This document shows, one piece after another, positions 25,419 to 38,699 of a DNA stretch of 64,000 bases. Made by a program: the position numbers and the translations under genes. Where the stretch lies: positions 78,244,001 to 78,308,000 of the forward strand of contig CM097885.1 of NCBI GenBank assembly GCA_044892525.1, in the 5' to 3' direction. Source of the stretch: Schmidtea polychroa (Eukaryota). The notes under the pieces were generated by a model, which saw nothing but the letters and a program-made list of their open reading frames with translations, was not told the origin of the DNA and did no database searches. Each line of letters starts with the position of its first letter. The stretch's first letter is position 1.

Positions 25419-27163
25419 TTAATATTTCGAAGTATTTTTATGATTTATGATTTTATATGCCAATAGGGTTGAACAGTCTAGCATGGTCGTTCGATAATAG
25501 TCGGTACTTGTACCGGTGGTTTTCGAGTGAACCGTGAGAGGTGGAGAGACCGCGAGTAGATTGACAATTGCTAGAACGACAAAGAGAAATTGCGGTATCA
25601 TCTTCGAGGTGTGGGCAGGGTGGATATGCGAATAAACATCATCATAGACGATAAATCTAGGAAGATTACAATATTCTGTATGCATCGAATTTTTGAGCGT
25701 AAAACGGTCACTAAGAGCATTTTGCCGATCTTTTTCGTCCAAATTCAGCGGATAATCCGAAAATCCATTTCTGCTAATGATTAGTATATCTCTCCATTAT
25801 TTCTTAAAGATTCTGTTTGCTATTCGATAACAGTGATTCCACGGTCAGTGCTAAATTTTCCGCTTAGATGCCGTCGATAATCACATGTATATATAGATTA
25901 GCGGCAAATTTCGCATAGATTCAGTTTGCACATCAATCTCGTTTAAGCTACCGATTCGCTGTGAATATTTCATTGCCGTAAATTCTCCAATAGACACGAT
26001 CGTGCATTTCGTCGAGAAATAAACAAAGTTAGTTAATAGTTTTAGCATCACTTCCGTTTGTATCGAATTAATTTGGTTTATTGACATTGATGCCCTGCTG
26101 AGCGAAGGAGATGTGATGTGAGGAGGCGATTCGGCAAAAGTTCCTTGAACTGCTCGATAATTCTACTAGTAGCGGTTGATGACTCGTAATATTGTAAATA
26201 ACAATGTTTGAACTGCTGATTTGTTTTGCTGATTTCAACTACGTATTTTCTATTTGTATATTATAATAAACCTTTTGATAGTAATCGATTCTTGTTGTCA
26301 TAGTATACTAGAATGATTGATTTCGATAGCGATATGTACCTTGTTTGCTGAATGTGGAGTAATGTTAAAGTGATAGGGTAGGAGGAAAGGACTCTGAATG
26401 GGCCATTAATTGCGATATGGAGAGTTATTTGCCTATAACCGTGTGAGAAATTCACCTTGGCCAGTGATATTGAAATTTGAGTCTGAGATTCCGATCGTTG
26501 CGAATTTTAAACTGATTTCCCACCAGTATGTAGTAACAATCCTCGGTTCCGATTAGTTTTTGGATGTTCGGTAGCGTGATAAGGAAATGAGTGGGCTTGG
26601 ATCACGGTCTGGGATGCCATGTCTTTGGACCACAGGCGTGTAAGCGAACGTAAGAGATAAGACCTTCCATCGGCACTCAGGAACCCGCATTGTGAACATT
26701 GTGGAGAGTAGTCTTAACATAGAGGCTCACCTGTCCACAGGTTCCGACCTGCGTATACAGTTCCAACATGAACCATCTTCATGGGTATACGTACGGGAGA
26801 TGAATCGCAAACTATGAAGGGTACTTAGGGAAAGTGCTGAGCATACTAACAACCACCCTGAGTACCCAACAAAAGTAACCAATGACAAATTTAAATTATG
26901 AATGGAGGAAATATAGTTCATGATAGCAGTTTTCCGGTATTAGACATTTATAATTAAACTGAACACTTAATTGAATTAACTGATAAATATTGAGTTGCAA
27001 GTGGTTAACTTCCCGTTGGTATAATTTGATGTTATCAATATTTAATTCATTAACTTTATTGGAGAAAAGGATCCATCTAAAAATCCCTGTGCTTGTTTTA
27101 TTTCCTAATTTAGGTGTGTAGCGTCGATTATTGGTTGTTATAGCTTCGTTTTCGTTTTTAGGC

Positions 27164-27641
27164 ATGTCTAACAATCCCTCAACATCGACGATACTTTGGC
27201 CATGTTATTCTTGTACCGAGAAAAATGCAATCATCACAACCTTGCAAACCCAAATCGACTTATTGAAAAAGAAGGTGGACCATTTCGAAGGAATATGGTT
27301 CGATCGCCCACAAATGAAAGAGAAGAGGACAAAGCTGTTATGAGTGGAACATTGTCGAAATAGCCTCATCGCAACGGTTGCTCATCAAGGACCAATCCAA
27401 AGCCTTGCATAAAGTCTATGTGCAGGCTACCCTCACCAAGAAGATCACCTCGATACTCATTTCCGAAGAGGATAATGCGTTCCCAGCTCATCATTATCCT
27501 CTTGAACCGATCAAGTCAACGGGAAAATCATGTAAGAGTTGTGTGGATATGCTTCTATCGCCCACAACTCCGGAGGTCAGCATCAAGGGCATGCCATGGA
27601 CTTTTTCGACTTGGATGAGATCTTCACCATCTACTTTATGA
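27164..27641 (+). pseudogene. Unknown coiled-coil ORF family, copy 2
   Basis: tttttag-gc-ATG; MSNNPSTSTILWPCYSCTEKN...KKVDHFEGIWFDRPQMKEKRTKLL*VEHCRNSL / LIKDQSKALHKVY...NAFPAHH...SCKSC. The following non-coding tract (atattg..atcctaac.gtc.gt) matches that of copy 6. Confidence 0.85.
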
Positions 27642-27948
27642 AAGTCACGCGTAACTTACGAGTGTAAATGTGAACTGAGTGCACATTTTTTGCATATTGA
27701 TCCTAACTGTCGGTTTGTGTTATATTGATTAAATGACTTAGTGTAATTCTGTTTTTCCTAAATGCGTGTTTGTAAAATAAAACGATTCGGATTAACATGA
27801 GGTTGTGTTTGCTTTCAATCTTTATGATGTATTTTTGGCGGAGCGTGATAGTCGAGTAGCTGTATAGAAAGAGGAAGAGCGTAGACTAAGACTTAGACTA
27901 ACCAGATAAGACGTTTTATTTTTACTAAACTTGATCGAGTTTATAATT

Positions 27949-28500
27949 TTATAAGGCTCGATCAAATCTCGAGCTTATAAAAGCCGAGCTTTGCGAAACT
28001 CTAGATACAATATGTTTGTATAAAAAATAGCGGTAAAACTGTAAACTACTATTTAAATCATTAAGTAATGTAACTATATCATTTCGATGATGAAAGGCTA
28101 CATTGCCCATGACTAAGATATTTCGCCTATTTTGCTCAAAGTGAATTTTCAAATAATTGTTTGATGAACTCAATAAATAAAATCTCGGTAAATAAAACCC
28201 TTAACGCACTTCATGTGCAATTACTTCAGTATTACTAATTGCGACCATAAGGCTTAAATTTTTGTATTATAGAATTTTTTTAATGCTTATTAATAATTTT
28301 TTCAATTTTAAAAGTATTAGACCTTTACGAAAAAAAGACCAAACACGATTTTTTGAGGATTTTTCTGAGAAAAATGATTACAAAACATGTTTATCTTTCG
28401 AAGAAACACGGTATATTATAACCGCAACAAATCGATCATATATTTTGACATTATAAACGATGTCAACATACTGCAATCATACAAATTCTATTTGATGTAT
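27949..28500 (-). mobile_element. IS630/Tc1-like transposase remnant
   Basis: NILVMGNVAFHH corresponds to the second DDE motif (VMDNxxFH); the rest is degraded. Confidence 0.55.
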
Positions 28501-28679
28501 AATATTATATATTTAGTATACATATTTATTTTAAAATAAATCTATCGTCATATTTATCTGATATACCCGATATATTTTAAGTCAGGTAAAAGTTGGATAA
28601 TGGGTTATAAGGAAAGTCAGAAAGCTGAAAATGTATTGTAATATGCGCAATTTTCAAAAACTTTGATGTTACATGATTA

Positions 28680-28865
28680 ACTTTGTCTAAAAATACTGAC
28701 TATAGAAACATATACTCAAGATTTTGAAAGTGGTAATTACTGTGCTACAAATATGCAAAGTATTGTTAGAAATCTTGATTATTTAGATAAAAACTTTAAT
28801 TGTGGAATAACTCTTGAAAAATTTAAAATTAAATACCCATTTTTCACATTTGAAAATTTAAAATT
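28680..28865 (+). pseudogene. Possible Polinton/adintovirus-like major capsid protein C-terminal fragment
   Basis: QDFESGNY...MQSIVRNLDYLDKNFNCGITLEKFKIKYPFFTFENL resembles the recalled Polinton MCP motif P.F....Y...SL...L....NGI..E.F..GY.LF.FDL; short. Confidence 0.45.
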
Positions 28866-28960
28866 TAAAGCCGAAGAAGAGAGTACGCCGGAGCAATATT
28901 CAAACGGGTCCATCTGGCCAAAATGCCGACCTCAACAGAGAAGGAATTCATAAGTTGAGA
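28865..28960 (+). pseudogene. Unknown coiled-coil ORF family, copy 3 (basic C-terminus only)
   Basis: KPKKRVRRSNI/KRVHLAK resembles KPKRKRLGRNIREKLKRAKLAE of copy 4, and is followed by the same conserved downstream element. Confidence 0.55.
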
Positions 28961-29114
28961 AAACCAGAGATAATTGTACCTACAACGGGTGTCCTATTTA
29001 AATAAATACAATCTGTGTTTGAGTTAAAACTAAAGTTAGTATGTACTATATAAAGAATGATGACTGAATATGTTGAAAAGACATGATGGAATTTGGGAAC
29101 GCAATCTAACGACA

Positions 29115-29312
29115 GGGACCAATAAAAATCGGACATAGACCTTCTATCGGCAGTCCGTGGACACAGGTAAGCAACGGACAATTATAGTATGCGAATGCAT
29201 GCTCACTTCTTGCTGGTACTTAAACCCTTGATACATTACCAACGTTTATCGCTCAGTGCGTATCAAGTGGTAAAACACGTCATTGTCTCATGGGTTACGC
29301 TGAAAACAGCAC
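29115..29312 (+). other. Conserved structured element downstream of the ORF family (copy A)
   Basis: Aligns by eye along its length to reverse-complement 32958-33150. Stem CTTGATAC (29227-34) / GTATCAAG (29260-67) encloses TACCAACG. Confidence 0.8.
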
Positions 29313-29841
29313 GATAAGGTTAAATGTNNNNNNNNNNNNNNNNNNNNNNNNNNNNNNNNNNNNNNNNNNNNNNNNNNNNNNNNNNNNNNNNNNNNNNNNN
29401 NNNNNNNNNNNNNNNNNNNNNNNNNNNNNNNNNNNNNNNNNNNNNNNNNNNNNNNNNNNNNNATAATAATAATATGTGGGACTGAAACAGGCACAAAAAT
29501 ACGACAATCATTCGACGAGCTTTGTATATACTAGTTTAAAATAAAATTGATAAAATATTATTATATATAAAACATTTACATATTGAAGTTTAATTTGTTT
29601 GATTATTAAACAATAACATAAATCATGCAAACATTCTTAAAATATTTGTAATGTTTTATTTGATTATATTATTGTTTTATTTACCTTTTAAAACATTTTT
29701 TATTTACCATATTTTGTATTTACCACATTTACTCCACTCTGAGTATGTCATTTGGAAAATCACTTAAAAAGCGAAAATTAGAATGGAAAAAAACATTTCA
29801 AATTTTGTTTTATTTAGAATAAAGGTAGCATAATGTGTAAC

Positions 29842-29940
29842 GGTCAGTGTTTCGACCAGTCAGAGGGGGATTGCCTCTGACCGGCAGTTAGTTTGGTGGT
29901 TTTTCTAACGCGTCTGTGTGCGCGGTTTGGTTAGATTTTA
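29842..29940. repeat. Short stem-loop repeat family (also ~36540-36640 and 55138-55265)
   Basis: Shared gtttcgaccagtcagagggggattgcctctgac hairpin (29842 and 55138 copies) and cgcgtctgtgtgcg (all three). The 55138 copy has an internal inverted repeat cgcgtctgtgtgcgc...gcgcacacagacgcg. Confidence 0.75.
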
Positions 29941-30713
29941 ATAAAATTGTTGTCATCTTTATTAAATTTAATCATGGTTCTGATCTGATGTTCGTCAAGT
30001 TTAAACAGTCAGTGTTGAAAAAGATTATAATTTCAAATGGCATTTCGAAAGTAAACATTCAAATTTCAATTTTTTCATTTGAGGAAGTACGTCATCAGGG
30101 CAAGTTCTTATGAGAATAATTGCATTCAAGCATGAAATTAAATAAATCAGATTATAGATCAAGGTTAACTGAAAAACATATATATGAAGATTGTTTGTTC
30201 TGTTTTTTTAGTGTGACATGATCCGCATAAATCTAATCAGTCGTATTAAATGGCCTGTTGTTTAAATGATCTATACTATTTAAATCTTTAAAAAGTTAAT
30301 TTATTTTAAATAATGATCCATTACCATTCATATTAGTCATTTGTAAATTTTTTTTTGATAGGGTGCATATATGAATAATGATATTTACAATTTATTTACA
30401 GTAATTTACTTGCTCACTAACAATAATTGGTTACCTATTAATTTTAAAGAAATATTCTTTCATATAATTAGTTTAATCTTTTAACTGAAGAAATATGCCA
30501 CCAATAAATTTGAGTTTATTTATTACAATAATATCTACTAAAAACATTTTAGGTCAATTATATCCAAGATACAGTAGCAAAAGTGAATATGTCATAAAGT
30601 TTCATGTAGTTATGGTAATATAACTGTTTATTTAGAACCCTATCCATATTTCCACAAGAAAAAGATAGCTGCTGATGTTACCATCAACCCGCTAACGTTG
30701 AGATACTTTAAAT

Positions 30714-32915
30714 CAGTGGTTCATAACCGGGGGTCCATGCACCCCCAGGGAGTCCGCGAACGGGTTCCAAGTGGTCCGCTGCACTATTTCCAAAAAATCG
30801 TAAAAAAAATTTTTATGTTATCTTGATATTGTAACTAAAATAATAAGTAACATTTCTTTACTGTTTTGTAGCATCAAAATTCTAACATTTGAATTTTTAT
30901 GTTAAAAAATTTAAGTCTCAGTAGACACCTTTTTGTAAATATTTACTCGTTGCTATGATACTATTCTGTTTTTGCATTAATTCGAAGTTTTAATTGTTGC
31001 TATAATAAAGTTTAATTTAGTGGAAATTTTTTTTTAACTTGCGGGTGTTATTTAATTCTGTCAATTGTTCCTGCACAATTATATTTGGTAAGTAAAAGTA
31101 GTGTACTGCATATTTGGTATAAAATTATAAAAATCATATTAAAAATTAACCATTCAATTTACAGTATAATCTTGGCATGTCCAACAAAGAGAAAATTTAT
31201 CAATAGCTACGTTGAATATGGATTTACTTTCACTACTGATCGTGACGGAACTCGGAAACCTCAATGTTTTTTATGTGGAAAAGTGCTATGCAATCAAAGT
31301 CTGAAGCCTGCAAAATTACGGGAACATTTACAAAAGATGCACTCAGAAAATGTTAAAAATGAGTTATGACTTCGGGAAATCTACCGCCATTAGGTTTTGC
31401 ACAAACTCAAAAACCAGCTCTGGAGGCATCCTATTTAATCGCGAAAAACAAAAAACCACACACAATTGGTGAAACACTTATAAAGCCATGTGCTTTGGAA
31501 ATGGTTGAGTTGTTTTGTGGCAAACAGTCATACAATGCAGTTGAAAAAATTCCACTATCAAATGATGTAATTCACTCAAGAATTCAAGACATGTCATCTG
31601 ATATTTTAGAGAAGTTGAAATTCTCCGTTTTCCCATTCAGCATGCAGTAGGATGAATCTACTGATGTTGCCCAGTGTAGCCAGCTATTAGTTTTTGTGCG
31701 ATATGAATACAATAGTTCAATTAAAGAAGAATTCATATTTTGTAAACCGCTGGTAGCCACAACAAAGGCCGTGGATGTATTCAATCTTGTACAAAACTTT
31801 TTTGTGCAACATGATTTCCCTAATTGGAGTAAGAAGCTCGGCACAATTACCACTGATGATGCTCCAGCCATGCTTGGAAACAGATCTGGATTTGCATCTC
31901 TGGTTAAAGCAGAAACTCCTCACATTTCCGTAGTTCACTGCATGCTGCATCGTGATGCACTAGCCGCCAAAACATTACCACCAGATTTAAAAGCAATTAT
32001 GTCAACTTGCGTTAAAGTAGTAAATTTCATAAGAGGTCGCGCTACTAATCATCGCCTATTCAAAAATCTCTGTCAGGAACTTGGATCACAGCATAATGTG
32101 CTTTTATATCACACTGAGCTTCGCTGGTTATCAATGGGGCTAGTTTTATCTCGACTGCATGAACTTCGAGTGGAAGTTTCTATATTTTTCAAAGAAAGAG
32201 TGTTCTCTATGAAACTTTTAAGAAAACCGAATTCGTGATGGGTCTCGCCTACTTGGCAGACATCTTTCTTCATTTAAATGACTTAAATCGTTCTATTCAG
32301 AGACTTAATATGACACTTATGGATACCGGAGAAAAATTGAGATCATTTATAGAAAAGATACCCCTTTCGAAAAGGCGGTTGGAAAATAATAATTATGCAA
32401 ACTTCATAAATCTAGAAGAGCTACTCCTAGCAGGTACAAACATTCAAGAAAAAAAGACAAATCAGTTTAAAAACCTAATTTTGATATATTTGACCACCCT
32501 TGAAAATTCGTTTCAAAATTATTTTGTAGTAGAAGAGTTGAAACCTGCTGCATCGATTCGTAATCCATTTATTATTAACCTTGAGAGCGTCGACGATGAT
32601 GACATGGCCAAGGACGATTTAATTGATTAGCGAACTAAGGAAATTGTTAAACATGAATTTGAAACAAAGAATTTATCAGAGTTTTGGTGCTCATTGTTGG
32701 AAGGGTATCCTATTCTTGCCAAGAAGGCTTTACAGTCTCTGATTCCATTCGCAACAAGTTATTTATGCGAATCTGGGTTTTCAACACTTCTTATCATGAA
32801 AACCCAAACTAGAAATATATTGGATGCAGAACAAGATATGCGTATTGCGCTATCAATCACTACTCCTTGTATTAGCATCCTCGTTTAAACAAAACAGCAG
32901 CAACCATCACATTAA
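30714..32915 (+). mobile_element. hAT transposon, Buster/SCAND3-like, pseudogenised and lacking its right end
   Basis: Left TIR CAGTGGTTCATAACC. Fragments KPQCFLCGKVL..SLKPAKLREHL, KKPHTIGETLIKP, DESTD, TDDAPAMLG, HCMLHR, HTELRWLS, PFATSYLCESGFS; several frameshifts. Confidence 0.95.
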
Positions 32916-32957
32916 TCTTAATGGTGGGTTACTGATGATTAAGTATTTTGCTTTATA

Positions 32958-33150
32958 GTGCTGTTACCAGCGTAACCCAGGATACAACATTGTTTTACCT
33001 CTTGATACCAGTTGAGTAATCAACGTTGCTATTGTATCAAGTGGGTGAGTGCTCGCAAAAATTGAGCTCACTAATTGCACTATAATTGTAGGGCACTCTT
33101 TGGGTCCACGCACTATCGTTAGAAGATATGTGTCCGATTTACTCAGGTCC
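32958..33150 (-). other. Conserved structured element (copy B)
   Basis: Stem CTTGATAC/GTATCAAG (33001-33041) around TAGCAACG, plus a GTGAGCTC/GAGCACTCAC hairpin; homologous to copy A. Confidence 0.8.
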
Positions 33151-33235
33151 TTTACTTACTTTCCGTCATCAAACAATCATAAGTCATAGTAAAACATGAG
33201 TTAATTTATTAAAACCTGTTCATACAGTACACTTA

Positions 33236-33634
33236 TCACATCTGAGATGCTTTTGTCGATTTTGATCTCTCTCGTTGATCTTGCTCTGCCAGCTTGGCTC
33301 TCTTCAATTTTTCGCGAATATTTCGTCCTAACCGCTTGCGCTTCGGCTTGTTTGACGGAGCTGGTGGATATATCTCGGCCAGCTCTATGTCCAGCGGCCT
33401 GATTCGCATTGTTGCTTCGTTTATCACTTGTTGATTTTTCCTAGTCTCTAATGCGCGGATTTCCGCTTTGTCCCGTTCAGCCTGGGTCTGGAGTTGGAGG
33501 ATTTGTGACGTCCTTTTTCATTTCCACCGGGCTAAACCAAGTGCCTTCGAATTCCTCGACCCTAACTCGAAGGTCTTCCGCTTGTTGTTGGGCCTGCTCG
33601 CGGTCCCTCCGTAAATTCTCAAATAGCTTGAACA
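33236..33634 (-). pseudogene. Unknown coiled-coil ORF family, copy 4
   Basis: After ttttcatttag: VFKLFENLRRDREQAQQQAEDLRVRVEEFEGTWFSPVEMKK, one frameshift, then QILQLQTQAERDKAEIRAL...KPKRKRLGRNIREKLKRAKLAE. Confidence 0.8.
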
Positions 33635-33879
33635 CTAAATGAAAATTTAGTTTATACATACGTGTACGTGATAAAGGGGGATTCAATTATGCGAAAAGCG
33701 AATTTTATTTATGTGGACAAAGGTACGCCATATTACCCCTTGGTCATTTACGATCATAAACAGGCGATAAATCTCCCTCACGACTATTTCGATAATTTAC
33801 TAGAGTGCATCAGAACAAAACAAACAACACAAAGCAAAACAAAATCAAATTTAAAAAAATTTTAAAAAAAAGTCGAAAT

Positions 33880-34270
33880 TCAACGGTGTTTCGTCAGTCT
33901 GATTAATGAATCACAGTTTGGTTTTCGCGGTCTTCCGCGTTTCCTCGGGGGCTCATCTCCGCTCTCGACCTCATCCAGTGGGATTCCCTTCTCTTCTGCC
34001 CGAAGCTGGGCTTCGATAATCCTTAATTTGTACTGGGCGATTTCTACGGCCATTCGTGCCTGATCACGGGCCTCCACTAGCTGGTTGTTGTACGGCTCCG
34101 TTTTCACCCACGCCGGGGCTTCGGGTTAAGACCCAATCCGAATCACCGGGCCGTAGTTGTCTAAGTCTCGACCCCGGTTCCAGTCGTAAATTTCGTGAAT
34201 ATCTGGTCCGGAGTCGAGTGTGATTAGCTGCCGGTTTGCTTCTTCATCAAAATTGTTGAGATTGAGACAT
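33880..34270 (-). pseudogene. Coiled-coil ORF with AT-hook-like motif, upstream of copy 4
   Basis: After an acceptor-like caattag, ~130 codons with one stop: ...PAWVKTEPYNNQLVEARDQARMAVEIAQYKLRIIEAQL...PPRKRGRPRKP. Confidence 0.6.
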
Positions 34271-37200
34271 GCCTAATTGGATAAGCATAATTAAAAGGAT
34301 TGACAAATTTATTTTCGTCTTTAAATCCCAAATTCTTATTTAGCATTGTCTTCATCCGTCTAGGTCGTAGAAGAAAGGGTAGGTCGAAATATAAAGTATA
34401 TTATCATAATTCACGTTACAAACAAAATGGTAATTCAATTATGAATTTAATCAAATCAGAAAATTATAAATTAAATTAGTATAATATTTTTCTGCTTCTA
34501 TCTTACCCTGGAGTATTCTGAGTGCTAATTCGTAAATTTTATCATTTAATCTTACCACAATTTGTTGAGCTATTACCAAAATTAACTTACTAAAATCATT
34601 GTCAAAATATTTAGCAAAATTATTATCTTAATTAAAAACTTTCGAAAAAATTTAACTTTGTTTACCTGTATTAATTAGAAGAAATTAATATTTACTTTTG
34701 TTTTTATAATATTTCGGTTATATGATATGATTAACGATATTTTAATTAAAATCTTTCGGAAAAATTTAACTTTGTTTATCTGTATTATTTACAGAAGAAA
34801 TTAGTATTTACTTTTGTTTTTAGAATATCTCAGATCATATGCTTAACGATGTATGCTTAAAGCAGTGCATAATTATCGAATCAACCAGCTCCGTCGGTGC
34901 TGGGTGAGCTGTTGGAACCCTAGGTCCACACCTCATCCTCACTTAGACAGAGTTTTCGGGTTCGGTATGGTCGTCATTTAATTCTAACTCTGTCACCATG
35001 ATTCACTCCCAGAAGAACATTGATGAGGAAATTATGACAAGTTTGGCATCGGCTACTCACTTTTATCTATCAGGAATTCGTGGATTTATGTTTTATACAC
35101 AGATAATGTTTTATATTTATACACAGAGCCGAGGAAATGAGTCCTTATTTATGGCTTCCCTTTTTGGATTTCAGTTTGCTCTAGTCAATGATAAAGAAGA
35201 TTACCACCTTGCTAATATTTATGTTCTCTCGTTGGGATTTCATTTCCCTTCTTATGGTTAAATAATGGAAATTAATTCGGAATTTATGATTTATGAGCTG
35301 GGCAACAATCTGATCCAAGCTTTGTTATTATTCCGCTATTATCCTACTGTCTTTAATTGAATTTCTATATTATTATGATTTTAGGTTGTAAAATTCTTGT
35401 TTATTATTTCACTTTGAATTCGAAGGTTCAGTGGGAATAATTTGTAACAATCAGTTGTGCAAATAAATGATTATATACGTATTTTTTACGCACTGATGAT
35501 TTAATGTAGTTTTTCGGTTTTATTAGTTATTTTGTGATTCTTTTTACCTGTCTACATAATCACACCTTCCGGTTCCAAGGAATCCAATCAACTGTAACTC
35601 TGACTTCACTATTTCTAATAATCGCATATGACATAAAACCCTCTATCGGTCGTCCAGAAATTTTAGTACATCTTCCCTTTGGTATTCCGCCTATGTTCAC
35701 AGCGTCACTAAACCTCCTGGACGTGCAGGTTGTTGATACAACACTCATGCTCGACATTCGTGAGGTCTTATTTCCATTTCCCACGACCATATCTTTTTTG
35801 TCTACGCTCTTCATCTGAGTCAAGATCATTAACCCTCTCGAAACGCCAACATGATAAAAACACTAATAATAATTAAAAATAGTAATTTTAATAATAATTT
35901 TGTTTCAATAATAATTTATTCAAATAATTATTAATAAAGATGATAATATTAGTTTTTAGCTTAATTTTTTTAATAAGACATTTAAGTACTTTTATCGCAT
36001 TGACTAGCCCCATTTTCTTATTTTATATTTATTTACCAATATGTGTTGAGATGAGTTGAGAATTAAATACCATTTGACGGCAATTAGTCAAGTTATTTTC
36101 ACTTTTTAATAATGATTGTGTGAGATAGAAGCTTTTGCTGAGTTGTGTGAATTTCATTTCTCATCTGCTTCATTATGTAGTCGTTTTCAAATTCTTGTCA
36201 CTCTATCATTCGTGTCACTCACTGGTTTTTTCAAAGTTATATTTCCAAGACTGATACTTAAGTGAAACGAATTTTCTAGATTATTTTTAACTGGTGTTAT
36301 CGATCTTGTTTTTGTTTCATTCATATTTGCTAAGGATTCTGCTTTTGATTTTGTATTTTTTAAATTCAATTCCATTTTCATGATCTTTTTAGTCAATTCA
36401 TCAATCATAATACAAAAACTTTTCAAAAATTTACCTCTTTAAACAAAAACTTCCAATAACTTGACATAAATCCAAAACCGAAAAACTCCAAAATTCGATA
36501 ATAACAACTCGAATAACCAATTGTCCACGCCTGTCTGCGCACACAAAATAAATCCAATTTCCGAGCAACAAACGCACACAGACGCGACACTTCACCTCAT
36601 GATTCACCTCCACCCCCTTGACACCTTGGTGTCAATATCATATCCCCTTTAGCTTTTTCTTCTTTTATAATTAAAGTTGGTAGTAGAGCGTGTTTCCCTT
36701 CAGGGGGCTACGCACCAGGAAAGAGAACAATGGCGCAGATAATACAGCCTTGGTTGATCAATGGTGATATTTGTTTTTATTTTGAATTTTATGTGTAAAC
36801 ATTTAAAAATGTAAAATTAACCATGCTCCCTTCCTTTGCGAGTGTGAAAAAGTGCTGCTATGGGCCCGAGGGGAACAGTTTAAATGGAAATAAAATAAAA
36901 AAACTCAGCGTTTTTGCGAGCTAATTAAAGGTTGAAGGGATCTCCTTTTTCACTCCTATCAAAAATTGCAACAATTATTTCACTTGTTTTGCCACATCGG
37001 CTTGTTCTGGTTTCATGTCAAAAACCTTTTCACCAAAAGTTGTTAAATTATATGCTACAAATTTATTTCATGTATGTTCATTAATTATTTTCTTAATTTC
37101 GATTTTATTAAATTTTTTCCTGATTAATTCCTCAACATGGAAATCCCTAAATACTAAGGTAGGAAATTCTATACTCAGACAAAATTTATAAAATAAGATA

Positions 37201-37989
37201 ACATTAGATTTGAGAGTTGGTTGAGAACTTATTTATTTTAGCCCAACAATTCTGTACTTTATTATTTTTGATTTTTATTGATTTTAAACTGATTTTATTT
37301 TTGTACCTTCCTATATCAACCACAACAATATGCTGTTATGTAATTTCAGCATCAAATATGTTTGATCCTCGTTAGAGTATGCACGAGCTAGAGCTAGTCG
37401 TGCTGATTTCGAAGCACCTTCTCCGATTAGAGTTTGCAAAACAATACTATTTGTTCGTTTTGAAAAAAAATTTTGAATAATTACTTTTTCTAAAATTAAA
37501 TTAGAACTTCCTATTTTGTGTAATCTGAATTAAAATTTAAAATAAATTTTATAATTGAACTCCACCACAACTTTTTAGAAGGTAACAAATTCCTAAACAA
37601 GAAAATAAAAATAAGACCTAAAATAGGAAGCAATTGTCCATTAAGTAGAATTTTGTATATTTCAAACTGACAAAAAAACAAATAAAAGCAAATTGGTTAG
37701 TTATTCTTAATCGAACAACCTGAATAACTAAATTTATATAAGACAGCAATAACCATGATAAAAGTTTGGCAAACGGATATTATTATCGAATCAAAATTTA
37801 GATATCACACGACTTTAAAAATTATTTTGATTTATGTTGTTGTATATTATATGATAAGAATTCATTTATAAAACAATAATGTCTAAAAACGAAAGAGTGA
37901 TTGCAGATAATTTAAAATTTATTTTATTTTAGAATATTATATTGAAAATTGTTAAATTTTATCTAAATTTAGAAAACCAGGTAAAATGG

Positions 37990-38200
37990 CATGCACCATG
38001 CGATATAGTCGTAAATAGTGGAATACAAACGTAATACAGTTACCCAAGAGTCGGGGAAATAAGTTCCAATTTAAAAAAGCAGTTAATGATAGACATAGAA
38101 AATTGTACTGCACTTTCATTGTAAGCAGGCGAATCAACTGACGTGTCTGATATTTCGCAGTTTATAATTTTTATTCGAATGTATGGAGATATATATCAGA
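37990..38200 (+). mobile_element. hAT (SPIN/GTF2IRD2-like) transposase fragment
   Basis: LSL*AGESTDVSDISQFIIFIR matches the SLAxDESTDVxDxAQLxIFIR motif. Confidence 0.6.
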
Positions 38201-38699
38201 GGATAAATATTCAAACTTAATAAAATGCTTCGGAAATTCAACTTATTAATGTCAGTCTGCTTTTTCACATATGAAAATTATAAAGTGAAAATACCGAATA
38301 GCATTAACAGATGACCATTCGGAATACAGCCTAAGAAGTTGTCTTAGCACTTATATCCAAAACTACAAAAATAATGGATTCAATCCAATGTAGAGCATTA
38401 ACATCAAAAAATTCTATATCTGATTACTCGAAAAATTAATTTTCATTAAATTTGATTTCTTAACTTTTTAAAGTTATTTACATTTTTTAAAATAAAGTTA
38501 TTTAATTTTTATATTTTGACATATTTGTTTTATTGTGATGAATTTATTGCATTGTAAATAAATATTATGTAAGTACTAAAAAGTGGATCACAAACATATT
38601 TCAGATGTGAATGTAGCTCTCATACGAAAGTTAGTGGGCACCCCTACATTACACACATATCGAGCATCAAATTACGGAAACTAGGCCAATACACACCAA

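Noticed and set aside
27010-27025. Isolated TACCAACG (minus) upstream of copy 2 as another structured element
   Set aside because: No enclosing stem or flanking conserved blocks.
35560-35829. 89-aa minus ORF as a host exon, or a Harbinger-like N-terminus in other frames (DSDEERRQKR..W.IRP)
   Set aside because: No recognisable motif in the open frame; the alternative reading needs several stops and shifts. Left unassigned.
36675-36760. tRNA- or SINE-like start GGTAGTAGAGCG
   Set aside because: No B box or cloverleaf.
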